From: Eukaryota sp. GEM-RC1
Taxonomy: Eukaryota
Direction: 5' to 3'
NCBI GenBank assembly: GCA_040285855.1
Contig: JAUFOQ010000002.1
Coordinates: 992,001-1,056,000 of the forward strand
DNA length: 64,000 nucleotides
Part shown: in pieces, positions 1-12,039 of the stretch
Layout: each line of letters opens with the position of its first letter
Numbering within the stretch: position 1 is the stretch's first letter
Program-made: the position numbers and the translations under genes
Notes under the pieces: generated by a model
The model's input: the letters and a program-made list of their open reading frames with translations, nothing else
Databases searched by the model: none
Told to the model about the DNA's origin: nothing

Positions 1-9
1 GTAGATTTA

Positions 10-93
10 TAGGAACTCTCTGTAATTGAAATCTCTCTGTAATTGAAACGAAACTCCTTTCACCAAGTCGTTTCAATTAGAGAGAGTTTACTG
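10..93. mobile_element. Short TA-flanked MITE (Tc1/mariner/pogo-like), left end degenerate
   Basis: CTCTCTGTAATTGAAAC ... GTTTCAATTAGAGAGAGTTTACTG|TA inverted repeat; related to the 60703-60787 element. Confidence 0.55.
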
Positions 94-278
94 TACCAGT
101 ACATCAAGTGTACGCATTTTGGATCTTGACGACTCACGCATATTCGATTTAGAGATTTTCTTCAAAGTCATTTTGGATACTTTAGAAGCACTTTGGGGCA
201 GTGAACGCTAACACGTAACACGACCTGACACGTAACACGCGTGTTAACACGTGTTAGGAATTTTGGCTGATTTCTAAC

Positions 279-840
279 CAGGCTTGTAAAAAACGTTGCT
301 CAAAAATAAAAAACGACGTTTTTTACGTTTTTTACGTTTTTTCGAATTTAGTAAAAAACGTTCAAAAAGGGCAGGTCAACTTTTTCAACTTTTCACTGTT
401 TTCTCACTTCATTTTCATCAACCAAATCTTTCATAGTTCGGTCATTGCAGCTATGTTCTTTTGAGATTGGAAGAAGAACACCATGGAGATGAAGTATAGT
501 GCTCATCTGCCGATGATGACGTGGTCAGGACGGGAAGATAACCAGATATGTGCAACAAGAACACTGTTCGAGTGTACCTGAAGGTGGTTTCACTCAGATA
601 CATAACCAAAGAGTATATACTGTACCAGTAATAGTGACACCAACAAATGCCCTTGCCTTGTTTCTGTCTTGCTTGGTCAGAAACAACTCACCTGAAAGAA
701 CACATGACATAATAAGACAAAAGTGGAGTAGAAAGTCGTTCTTTTGTGTCACTCCAGAATATAAAAAACTTTGACGATAATAAAAAACGTCGTTTTTTTC
801 AAAATACGTTTTAAACGTTTTTTATCAACTGACAAGCCTG
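279..840. mobile_element. Non-autonomous hAT element
   Basis: TIR CAGGCTTGT/ACAAGCCTG, 8-bp TSD TTTCTAAC (271-278, 841-848), subterminal AAAACGT motifs. Confidence 0.85.
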
Positions 841-1127
841 TTTCTAACACGCAAATTACGGTTACTACATCTTTTTCGGTCTGAATGATGTGAAAATGCA
901 TGTTGCTGCTAAAAGAATGAAAGACGCCGTTTTAGAAGTCCCCTACAGTGATGTAGAGTACCGTAGGGAAAAATGTGTAGAAGAAACGAGCTGTTTATCG
1001 TTGAACTAGAAACCGTAACACGTCCTAACATGTAACACGCGTGTTAACACGTGTTAGCACGTGTTAGATTCGATTTTGAACGATTTTTTAATTACTTTTC
1101 GGAATTAGGTAGTTCGTTTGATAATTT

Positions 1128-2653
1128 GAACTATTCGGCACTCATGAAGACAACTTCCGCAAACTTCCTGCTTACTTAAACAAACTTTTGGACCTTAATC
1201 CTGGAACTAATGTAAAATTGGAGCTAAATGATGGGCAATTTCATCGACTGTTTGTCGCTTTACACAGTTGTATCAGAGGCTTTGAATATTGCAGACCTCT
1301 GGTGCAAATCGATGGTACTCATTTGCACAACAAATACAGGCAAGTGATGTTGACTTCTACCACGGTTGATGCTCAAGGTCAACTGTTCCCTTTGGGATTT
1401 GCTGTTGTTTCTGGTGAAAACTTGGATAATTGGCGCTGGTTTTTACAGCAATTTAAAGATTCTTTTGGAAATAATGTGTCAACTTTCATTAGTGACAGAG
1501 AAAAGGGGTTATTGGAGGCTGTGCGTCAGGTGTATCCTGAATCAAATCATTCTTACTGTCTTCGACATTTAACTAAGAACGTGGGAGCTCGCTTTACATC
1601 ACTTGTTTGGAAAGCTGCTAGAGCTCAAAATGTTGAAGATTTAAATGCAGCACTTGCTGAAATTCGTATGAATTCAACAAAAGCATATGATAAACTTGTA
1701 TTGGCTGGGCTAGAACATTGGACCACGGTACACTTTCCTGGATTAAGATACGGACATTTAACATCGAATGCGATTGAAAGTTTGAATGCATGGTTCCTCG
1801 GTATCAGAGGGTTACCTGTAGTGCGTATGATTAATGCTATTGTTGACAAATTGTCTGTGTGGTATGAGAAACGATTGATTGAAGCAAATGATATGAATAA
1901 CATCATCTGTGACAATGTGTGGAATCGAATTAAGCCAGAATTATACCAGGCTAAAAGCCTGACTACTGTTGTTGTCAAAAAGGGAAAAGATGTACTGGTG
2001 CAAGTTCTTGCTGGTTGTAAGGCATTTATTGTCAACGTTCGTGCTAGAACGTGTGATTGTAATCTATGGCAAGCTAATGGATATCCATGCAGCCATGGAT
2101 TTGCTGCTTTGTTTGCCTTAGGTCAAAACATCGTGTCATCAGTAGATAGTTACTACCTAGTAGAGAACTACAAAAGAACGTACAACGAAGGAATGCTTTC
2201 TGTGTGTGGAACAATGGAGTTGGAAGAATCTGACATTACACCACCAAAAGTAGTGGTTGGAAGAGGAAGACCAAAAAACAAAAGGTTTGTAGCAGGTGAA
2301 CAACAAGGGAAGAAACAGGTCAAACCCGCACTTAGATTGACTTCTAATGCTTTAAAAGCAGGTGACTTCCAAAACGTGTGCTTCTATGACGGTGTTGATA
2401 CTAGTGATGGTGACCACGACTGGAATGACAGTGAATACACCTCAACAGAAGATGATGAGTTATCTGGAGAAAGTGATTGTGAATATGTTGAAGTAGCAAT
2501 GTTCCCTTAGTATTGTATTTATATAGAAATATAAAAGAGTATCGAAAGGAAAAGACGTGAAAAACGAACAGGGGTAGGAAAAAACCCCAAATTTAGAAGA
2601 GGGGTAGAAATGTACTCAGTTGATGTCATAGGGGTATTTTTGTACCCAAACCC
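1128..2653 (+). mobile_element. Mutator-like (MULE) transposon, left end deleted
   Basis: Transposase ORF 1188-2510; G/C-run right terminus ending ...GTACCCAAACCC at 2653; interrupts a short retroelement tail. Confidence 0.75.
1188..2510 (+). CDS. MULE transposase, N-terminally truncated, with SWIM zinc finger
   Basis: IDGTHL, FISDREKGL, CLRH, TSNAIESLNA, SWIM CDC..WQANGYPCSH, RGRPK; no ATG at the ORF start. Confidence 0.85.
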   Translation: MDLNPGTNVKLELNDGQFHRLFVALHSCIRGFEYCRPLVQIDGTHLHNKYRQVMLTSTTVDAQGQLFPLGFAVVSGENLDNWRWFLQQFKDSFGNNVSTFISDREKGLLEAVRQVYPESNHSYCLRHLTKNVGARFTSLVWKAARAQNVEDLNAALAEIRMNSTKAYDKLVLAGLEHWTTVHFPGLRYGHLTSNAIESLNAWFLGIRGLPVVRMINAIVDKLSVWYEKRLIEANDMNNIICDNVWNRIKPELYQAKSLTTVVVKKGKDVLVQVLAGCKAFIVNVRARTCDCNLWQANGYPCSHGFAALFALGQNIVSSVDSYYLVENYKRTYNEGMLSVCGTMELEESDITPPKVVVGRGRPKNKRFVAGEQQGKKQVKPALRLTSNALKAGDFQNVCFYDGVDTSDGDHDWNDSEYTSTEDDELSGESDCEYVEVAMFP

Positions 2654-2752
2654 TTTGTTTTAATAGTGTTTATCTATTTGTACTTAACTTATTATGTGTT
2701 TTTCTCCGCACATAAATCCGTTTTTTATTTTTGAACGTGTTAGCGTTCACTG

Positions 2753-3300
2753 AATCCCACAATTATAGTTGTAAAATTGAACCTCTTCTACACATTATAA
2801 TGACAATAACGTGTTTGATTCTCGGCGTGGTGACTTAATCGCTCCTTTCCCTGATTTATCTCAAGTTGTGGTTGATTTTACTACATTTGACCCGTTTGCA
2901 AAAGTCTACCAAGACTCCAAATTGAATGATTCAAATGGACATCTGGAAAAGGCTGAACAGCAAATGTGTTCAAATTATGCGGATGCTTTGCAGAAGCTTA
3001 ATGAAAATCTAGATTCTAAGTTTTCATTTGTTCCATTTGCAATTTCAATTTTTGGTAATATTGGTCCAGCTGGTTTATAGTTTTTCGGTGATTTTAGTCT
3101 TTTATGTCGTTCTAATGGCAAGGTGTTTAATCTGTATGGATTAATCCAATCATGTTCGCTCTTTATAGAAGCATTCCCAAGTATTTATGTTCCATTTACT
3201 CGAAGTTGCATAGGGACAATTCTCGTGTTGATGTGGAGAATTTAACTTCTTTCATTTTCTGAATTAGTATGTATTAATTTGATGTTGCAAATTCACCCAT
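2753..3300 (+). mobile_element. Non-LTR retrotransposon 3-prime fragment with restriction-like endonuclease (CRE/SLACS-like), degenerate
   Basis: RRGDL..VVDFT..AE..FVPFAISIFG motifs; 3200-3290 recurs at about 4995-5085. Confidence 0.7.
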
Positions 3301-3943
3301 GTCACGAAGATTTTATTATCAAGATGCTTTGTGACATTCTGTGTCTTTATAAATACAGCTCGTGCTGTGTAGTTGAAGTGAGGTTCAGAATCATATATAC
3401 CGTTTCAAGTCAGTTTTAGTTAGTTTCAGTCATTCACATTGTGGTTCATTGTATCAAGTTTTAGTTTTGGAACCAAAACCAAAACCTGGACAGTCCTACT
3501 TTATATTCACTGATATTAACGCATTGGAGAATGTAACAAATTGTTATAGAACTGGTAAAAACAAATGGATTACGATCAAATATAATGGATTGTAGATTCT
3601 CCATTTTATGATATTACCGAAATAGTTTACCAACTCCAACGCACTCTTTCCTAAACAATCGTTTACTGGTGAAACAAAAATTCTTACTTCGTATACAACA
3701 GGTTACGTGTGTTTAATAGCTGTTGATGGTTTTTGTACATATTCTACTTGATTTGTTTAGAAATATTTAGAAGTCTTACAAGCAGGGACTGTCAAAAATA
3801 TATTGCAATATATTGCAGGGTCAAAAAGATTTGCAATACAGTATTGCAATACTGCAATATATTGCAATAATTGGAAGCAATATAAATATTGTTGAGTAAA
3901 TTATTTATTGTACTAATTCCATCAATAACTCATAACATCATCA

Positions 3944-6920
3944 CTAGGCATCATCCAAGTTGACTAGTTTCTGATTAACCATCTTGCGAACCAAACTAAT
4001 GTCCCAAAACTCTCTGTTCACAGAAAGAAATAGTTGATTGGCCAGTCTTCGATCAGATAAGTTGTGTCGTGACAACCCTTGCGCCATTCGAGCTTTACTG
4101 AACAGTCGTTCTACAACATTTGAAGTTGCTGGGATGAACTTTAAATTGCAGTAACCTACTGTTTCACCTCTCATTCGAGTAAAGACATCTTGAACAGAGG
4201 AAACAGGTCCAGGTCGTTCGTCAATTTCTTCCTCTCCATCATCATCACTATCACTACTCACATTATTTACGATTACTTCACTATCTAAAGATGACGACAA
4301 TCGAGATTGACCAGCAACTATTTCAATTTCATGTTCTTTAAAACACTTAACCATAATTTCTTCCTCATCTGAAAGACTCAACCCTTCATTCTTCAAGATT
4401 TTCAGCACTGCTGATTCGAAGATGAATTGATTGGGTGGACATCGTGGAGCATCTACTGCGGGATACACAAGCTGATTTTTCATCTCTTGATTTGCATTAT
4501 ATTGGCAAAATACGAGCATTGTTGATTTAAACAAATGCTCAGCATCCAATAAATTAGAATTCTCCTTTTGCAATTGAAGACTGACAAATTGTAATTCCTT
4601 CATATGATACATTAATTGAGTAATCCTCGTTTCTTCAGCGAAACTTGGAAGTAAATCAATCAGTTCATCGTCTTCAACCTCATTGAGCATCTGACTAGTG
4701 TTGCACCTGGGCTCAGCCCTTTACAATTTAGCCCGCCTGGGCTAAGCCCTTTGTTTCAGCCCGCCCATTCAAATCACTAGCCAGCCCAGCCCGTAATTTC
4801 TCCGGCCCAGCTCAGACCAGCCCCCAGCCCAAACAAATAAACATTAGTATAGTAGTGTCTAACTTTTTAGCTTATGGTTATTTAGTTATTTACATTTGTC
4901 ACCAGAATAATCAATTTATTCATAATGTCGGGTTGCAATAGCAACTATAAACACATGTAAATGTATTTTCACACGTATTTAAGTTCCATCTATTCGAAGC
5001 TGTATAGGGATAATTCTCGTGTTGATGTGGAGAATTTAACTTCTTTCATTTTCTGAATTAGTATGTATTAATTTATGGTTGCAAATATACTCTGTCTCTG
5101 TAAATGTATAAACTATATTAATCTACTTCACTTTCTTCATCATCATCAAGTTCTATTTTAGGTATTTAGATTCGTTTCTATTAATACTTAAGTTAAACTA
5201 TAATTCCGTCAGTAAATAGAGACTGATCAATTGTTTGTCACTCCTGGTCAGACTCAATTCTGCTTTTCTCTCTTGTTGGTCAAGTTTTGATACGTATTTT
5301 GTGTCCTGCTTCTGGAGAAACACAATCAAAGAGCAATTCTTCCTCCACTTATTTCTCGAAATAATCCAGTAGACTACTGTAGTTTGTTCATCTGTCTTCT
5401 GTTTTGGTTGCTAATAAATTACTAGATTTACTTCGTCTTGTATTTTGATTGATATCATGATTGAATTTATTTCTTTAAATCTCATGAAAAAAAATTGGAG
5501 ATATCCGAACTACGTGTATCGATATATCCAAAATAGAAACTTTACAGGGAAGTAAGTTCAGAAACCCAGTCCTAAAAAATACAGTACATGTATTTGAATA
5601 CTAAAAAATAAAAAATACAAATATGTACACAAATACACGAAATACAGAAAATAGTATTTTCCAGGTATGATTGTAATGACTGTTGGTCAATAACATAACG
5701 ATACTTACAAAATTGATACATATATCTACTGTTGATAAATGTTGCAATAAAGAATTAGAGTTGTTTATGGGCTGGAGGGCTGAGCCCAGTGATCTGTCAA
5801 GCCGCCCGGGCTTAAGCCACAAACTCTCAAGCCCAGCTCAATTGTACTGCAGCCCGCCAGGCTGGGCGGCTGGGCTGGGCTGGGGGCTGGGGCTGAAATT
5901 GGTGCAACACTACATCTGACCGATGGGTAATTTAAGTTCTAAGAATCTTTTTAACATGTCATGAGTTGAATACCATCTAGTAACATTACGTTGCTTTGGA
6001 GCTAACTTTGTGTAATTACGGAAAATGGTAATTCGCTTCGGTTCTCTGAGAAGTTTCATCACACTGTTTACCCGATCCAATAAAGCATCCAAAGGCCGAA
6101 TGAAGGCAGTCACAGCCAACTGAAATCTGTGTGAGGCACAACCTACGAATCCACAGTTTAGAAGTTTTGACAGTGCCTTCATTGTAGAACAATTATCAGC
6201 GACAATAAATATAATATTTTTTCTTTCTTTGCTATATTCCAGAAGCAGTTCATCTACTATTCTGGCAATGTCTTCAGCTCCAAACAATACACTGTTAACT
6301 GATCGCCCTTCTTCTGCACTGAATGGTACAAATTTCAATAAAACAGGTTTTTCTAGTTGTTCACATGAACCAAAAATGCCCAAGAATTGTAGTTTTGAAT
6401 TTGGGTGTTGCCAATAGTCTATCACTAACCCAAAACAGTATCCAAGTTTTACAGAGATTTCAGCCACTAATACGGCTTTCATGTTGTCAAAGCATTGCAT
6501 AAAAGTGTTGTACGCAATCGGTTTTAACTTTGTGTATTCAAGAGTACAGTCATTTTGAACAAATGAAAACGGCAAACCGTCAGTAATGACCCAGTCAAGC
6601 CAAGAGAAATATCTACGACACTTTTCGGATGTGTAAACTCTGTCTATGGGCAAGTTTTGCTCCTTTTGGCGAAGCAGGGTCCATGTTTCAATCATGTAAT
6701 CCGTGTGCTGCCCAGGAACGTGAGATGCGAGATTAGTCCAACTCGAGTTGGGCTGCTTTGTTCGCAGAACTCCGCAGACACATTTCCAAAGTTGTGCTGT
6801 TTCAGGATTTTTGATCTTAGAGTTTTGAAAGAATTCCACTGATTGAGTTGAGTCCCGGGAGATAGGAGTAAAGTAGGCTTTCGCCATCTGTTCTCGAGTG
6901 GGACGAGAAGGAAGAGCCAT
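3944..6920 (-). pseudogene. hAT transposase split by a nested insertion (583 aa when rejoined)
   Basis: BED-like finger (WKCVCG..NLASH..H), DNCSTM, CASH, TRWYST, ATSNVVERLFS; ORFs 5910-6920 and 3944-4690 share the Met encoded in the TSD. Confidence 0.9.
4696..5912. mobile_element. Non-autonomous hAT element inserted in the transposase
   Basis: 12-bp TIR TAGTGTTGCACC/GGTGCAACACTA, TSD CATCTGAC (4688-4695, 5913-5920), AGCCC/GGGCT subterminal repeats. Confidence 0.92.
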
Positions 6921-7569
6921 GTAAGATGATGTGACGAATGATATCAGATTTACATTTGTTTGTCAGATCTAGACAGATGCTACATTGTACTAGTAGTAAG
7001 GACTTCAAATTGTACAGCAACAAAAAAACCACTATACTGTGTTAAATTCCTTTCAAGTAACAGAGAAAAAATTGGTTTAAAAATATTGTTCAAAATTGAA
7101 ATTATTGCAATATATTGCAATACAAAATGAGGCTGCAATACAGTATTGCAATACACAATACACAGTATTGCAATTATTGCAAAAGTGCAATATATTTTTG
7201 ACAGTCCCTGCTTACAAGAAGAACATTTGTTTTGCAAAGATCCACCGTTGTGGTTCATTGATGATAACATAATAATGGACCATCAACCTGTCTCCAATAT
7301 GATCAATTCATGATGAGGGACATCAAAACAGTTTTTTATGCCGGTTGAAAAATTGGCGCAAAGTGGGGTTTTCCCTTGACATAAATCTAGATGAATGAAG
7401 GATGTTCTCAACAGTAAAAAAGATGACTTTACATTCTAGAGTATGGGGAAATCCATTGTTGCAATTAAATCTTGACTGACTGATAAGAAACTACATATGA
7501 GAAAAACTGTACACGTACATAAGTTTAAAAGCAGAAATAGAAATACAAAAGAATCAGACCACACTAAGG

Positions 7570-9507
7570 CTATCGAGTAATGGCGCGGTGCATCCTGTAA
7601 GTGACTGTAAGTCCACCAACCATATTAAAAGAGGCGATAGCACCTGCAATGATGGCCGACACATTAACAATCCATAAATCATTTTCAAGGAACTTCAATG
7701 CACCTAGAATAACAATTCCAGAAATCCCATTACTCAAACTCATAAGAAGAGAGTAAAGGTTAACAGGAATAGAAGAAACAATGATAAATCCAACAATAGA
7801 TGTCAATGAGAAGTAACAAAACAATTCAAGAGCTGGACCAGTATTAGGAATCCAAGTGATTAGAATAGAAAAACCCAATGCCAAAAGAAAATAGAAGCAT
7901 GAAGATCTAGTACCATGACCAATCCCAGTGGTTTTCCTTTCCACTTCTTCAATCTCTTTGTCTGCAACTGACTTTGACTCTTCAATGCCAGCATCATTAG
8001 CGACTTCAGGTAAATTAGTAACAGTGTCTTTTTCAGAGAATTTGGGAGTATCGAATAAGATTGATCTCACAGAACAAAGAGAAACACGAGCATCATCCAA
8101 TACAATTCTACAGTTATCCTTGAACAATAAAGTGAGAGGATCACCAGAAAAATCCAGAGTCGAGTCTCTTTGAACGTTTCAAAACAAATGTCTTTTTTAC
8201 AACGATAGATTGGACAAATGGGCATCCCTGCAAGGTTTGAGTCTTTTGATTCTTCAGCAATGGGATTGATTGTATCAGCGCAACCAACGGCAATAGCAAC
8301 ATCATTGCTCTCAAATTGACCCTTGAGCTCATCCAAATCAAAGATGAGCTCATAGGGGATTCCGTTTTGGGCAAGTATAACTGCCATCTGACCAGGCATA
8401 CGACCAGCAACAGGATGAACACAGAAGTTTACGACAATACCACGACTTTGTAAGTCCTTCATGATTTCAGCAACGACTGGACCTCCCTTTGCCTGAGCCA
8501 GTCCAAATCCAGGTACAAACAACACTTTCTTGGCATTGAGACAAGCGTCAACTAGACCTCGAGGGGAATCTTGTTGTACTAGATCACGATCATAATTGTG
8601 GTGCCGATACTTCATTTTGAATGCAAAAATCAGCTCAAATATTGAACGATTCATTGCAACTGACATAGATCGACTCAAAATCAATCCAGAACAACCCACA
8701 AGGATGCCTACAATGACCAAGATATTGTAGCCAGTTAGTATACCACAGAACGCTACGCTAACGCCTGAGAGGGATTTCAGTACAGTAATGAGTACTGAAA
8801 GCGTGGCACCACCACATGCTAGACCCTAAAGTAAGATAACCAAGTAGATCTGGACACACCGTGACCAAACCGATGACTAAGGCAAGTCCAGCAATTGATA
8901 GAAGACAAATGAGGGTATGGCCTTCAGTATATTCACAACATATCAAAACAGAAAGAGCAACGATTACCAAAAATAGTGTAAGAGAAATTGCCTTTGAGAG
9001 AAACGATGGTAATCTGAGAAAAAACGGATGTCGAAGCTTCACGGCACTAATGATCCCGTACGAGAATGTGACTGTACCAAAGACTAAAGGTAAAATGACA
9101 AGTAGAATACCAAGTGGAGTAGTTTTGTTTGTCAAAAACCAGGAAAAGGAAATAAGAGCGCAAGCCAGCCCTGTTAAACCATTGTAAACACTGACTAGCT
9201 GAGGTAGGTCTCGAAGAGACAACCGTTCGCTTATGAGAAACGATAACAAACCGGTATTCCGCTGATCAGCAAAAAAGATCTGGTCAGAAGAGAAGAATTG
9301 ATAGCGATTGATATGAACTGAAATAAGAGATGGTTCATGTAATCAAACCAGTGCCAATCCAGCAGAAGTAACAACATATTTGCATTTCCGAATAGTCCTC
9401 AAAGAGGCGAATGCATGTACAATAAGAAAACATACGAGAGTTGCAGAGACATAAAAAACGTCCACAAGAGCCAGATGACTGACAAAACGACTAGGGGTAA
9501 GATCCAT
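7570..9507 (-). CDS. NAD(P) transhydrogenase-like protein copy 1 (beta TM, domain III, alpha TM; no domain I)
   Basis: LPQLVS.YNGL.GL, PGFGLAQA, HPVAGRMPG, DTINP, LKRS, SNGISG, NMVGGL.VT.RM; introns 9318-9348 and 8826-8859; homopolymer frameshifts near 9248 and 8193. Confidence 0.85.
8826..8859 (-). other. 34-nt spliceosomal intron
   Basis: GTGTGT...CTTACTTTAG; removal restores the transhydrogenase frame; same position in copy 2 (22282-22315) and copy 3 (55103-55136). Confidence 0.85.
9318..9348 (-). other. 31-nt spliceosomal intron
   Basis: GTTTGA...CTTATTTCAG; homologous intron in copy 3 at 55593-55623. Confidence 0.8.
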
Positions 9508-12039
9508 TTGGGTCAAAAATTATTCAAATTGATCCATCAATATAACGATGAGGCTTTCTGTGCCTTTTTCACGCTTTCGAGTATTTTCCCCAAATTTTCG
9601 AATTTCAGGACTTTGAAGTGTTTCCACCCCTAGTACGATTTTTAATACTACGCTCGAGAAAACACCATTTGCGTTTCCAGGTACCCATCGTTCATCAATT
9701 AGGCTAGCAACAGACAGTCTTGCAATTCTACTCTGAGGGAATTGACTAAAGAAAAAGCTTAAATGGCCAATAACTGCATTAATGACGTAATTCTGACATC
9801 TGACCTTAATTCGTTTTTTAAAGGCCAAATAGTGATTTACCTTTTTTGGACAAAAAAATAGGGTTTACCCAAATTATCCATTTTTACACTTTGACAAAAT
9901 TTTCATAATTATTTGTCATTATCTAGATGTAATCATTAATGACCAATTAGCTAAGTTAAAGAGTACGCACTTGCACTTGTACTCAGTGTGAAGTATGTTA
10001 CCACACTCACTTTGTGTTAACTGTCTCTTGCCAATTTTTGAATACATTACCTCAGAAGTGTGATGGAATACAGTATTCTAGCATTCATTTTGATGCTACG
10101 TTGGTGCAACCTGCTTCAGACTACTAGTATAATAAACTTGTGAAGTACTTGTATCATAGCTGAACAAAGTGGAACTGAAATTTTTCAAACTTATAATCAT
10201 TACTATTATTACGATAAAAGTTGTACAGAATGAAAATGTTTTGTAGCGATATTTGCAATGAAGAGGTGTTTCGCTTTTATTTTTCAAAGAGTGACGAATA
10301 CTGTCATATCGAGAAAAATGATTCTTAAGCAAACAGTGTATTTGGTCAGTGACCATGTAAACTGTTTTGCCATATCAATAGTTGGAAAATACACCACCTC
10401 CGAAACTAAAATACACAAACATACAAAATTTCGAACATACTTATGTTTTGTTATTTTTCTTTAGCAGAAGTCTTAGAAATTATCTTTTAGCAATTAAAAC
10501 GCTGATTAATCTTCATGAGTCTCGATAAAATGATAATAATGGATCAAACATAAGAAGAAAAAGGTCAGATACGTTTAGACGAGCCAAAAACATGTCCAAT
10601 GAATTGAATTTTTCCTTACAAAAAATCGAGCTATGACATATATATAAATATTTTGATTTTATTTGTGTTTTAATTTGTGTTGATTATATTTATTTCAGGT
10701 TTATTTTTTTGGCACTTTTGATGTTCAAATTACTTTAAATTGTCTTATGAGAGGAACTGCCAAGGTTATCCAGGCTATGAGATGTCGCAGGAAAGGATTG
10801 TAAACGATTTTGATTTTTAGTAACTAACTCGAAATGCAAAATATGCGCATTTGGCAACATTGGTGTCTTCTTAACCTATTCAGTTGATCTAGTCCAAAGT
10901 TGGGTGTGCCAAGTTGTAAAGCAATTTCGCAAGTCACTTACTAATAATGTTGTGCTTAACTTGTCTTAGTGTCAAGCCTATTTACATTATGTACCACACT
11001 TACAGCATCCCCACAACTTGTCTACTGATATTCAGCTTGTTCTACAAGCTATTGGACAGTGTTGTCTTGTTCATTTTTAGATTCTAACATAAGAATATTT
11101 AAGATGTTTTCATAATCTCTTTTCGCTTGAAACCTGGGATGGGAGGGGGGTACTGGCTGACTGGAAACGATTCTAAAGAATTCACCTGTGAACATTCTAT
11201 ACACGTGCTTCAATCAACTTAACGTATTGTTGAGGTCCTAGTACCAGCATGGTTCCAATGTAATCATAGTAAAGAGTGTGCTCGTATTGTGTTCTTTAAT
11301 AAATTCACAGATTTCTTCTAAAAAAGTACTAGTTCTGATACAGCACCACACTGAACGATATTGGAATTTTTCGTGTATTTGAATTGCTATTTTTACGAAA
11401 GACCTTGATCATCATTAATTTTAAAAAGACTGAAGCACCTGATGGACAAGTTTGAATCGCAAGAATTACTAAAGAGCTCTTGGAAACAATAATACAATGA
11501 AGTTTCTCAATTTTTACGGCACCTATATTTGTTTTACGGAAACTAGCCTCGGGGAAAAGTTTGGTTTAAAGGCGGTCGATACTTGATTTCGTGTTGTGTG
11601 TTTGTCACAGCAGATATTTCCGCTTTCAATAGTTTACAATAGGTGCTGTAACGAATAATACAAATTTGTACTTGATTACACAAAAGAAATATATAAAGGA
11701 TCTCAGTACAAGCAAGGTTCCATTACAAGCACAGTAAAGGGAATGCTCGTATAGTATTTAAGGTTGCTGTCTCCTGCTATGTACACTCTAAAACCGACAT
11801 TTCACAATGCCATCAACAACATATCTCTCAATGAATATAAGAACACTTGTTTGAATATTGTTTAGTTGAATTCGATCAAAAAACCTCCTTTAACGATAAC
11901 GGTAACACTATTAAATTAAGCAGAGAAAATTAGACAACTTCGAAGGACTCACTGAAGTCTTAGGAAAAATCCAAATAGGAAATAATCCCAAATATAGTAC
12001 AAATTGTTCAAAAACAATACTCTCAAACTAAATCATGAC

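Larger units (their letters stand above)
199..2752. mobile_element. Non-autonomous hAT-type element carrying nested insertions
   Basis: 18-bp TIRs CAGTGAACGCTAACACGT / ACGTGTTAGCGTTCACTG and subterminal AACACGTGTT motifs; same TIR as the 73-bp MITE at 45009-45081; flanks show no TSD. Confidence 0.7.
3783..7210 (-). mobile_element. Full-length hAT transposon
   Basis: Perfect 25-bp TIRs CAGGGACTGTCAAAAATATATTGCA, 8-bp TSD CTTACAAG (3775-3782, 7211-7218), subterminal ATTGCAAT repeats, transposase inside. Confidence 0.95.

Noticed and set aside
11519..11647. Loose long hairpin (GCACCTAT/ATAGGTGC, CGGAAA/TTTCCG)
   Set aside because: Short stems, no family motif or TSD; could be chance or an old MITE.
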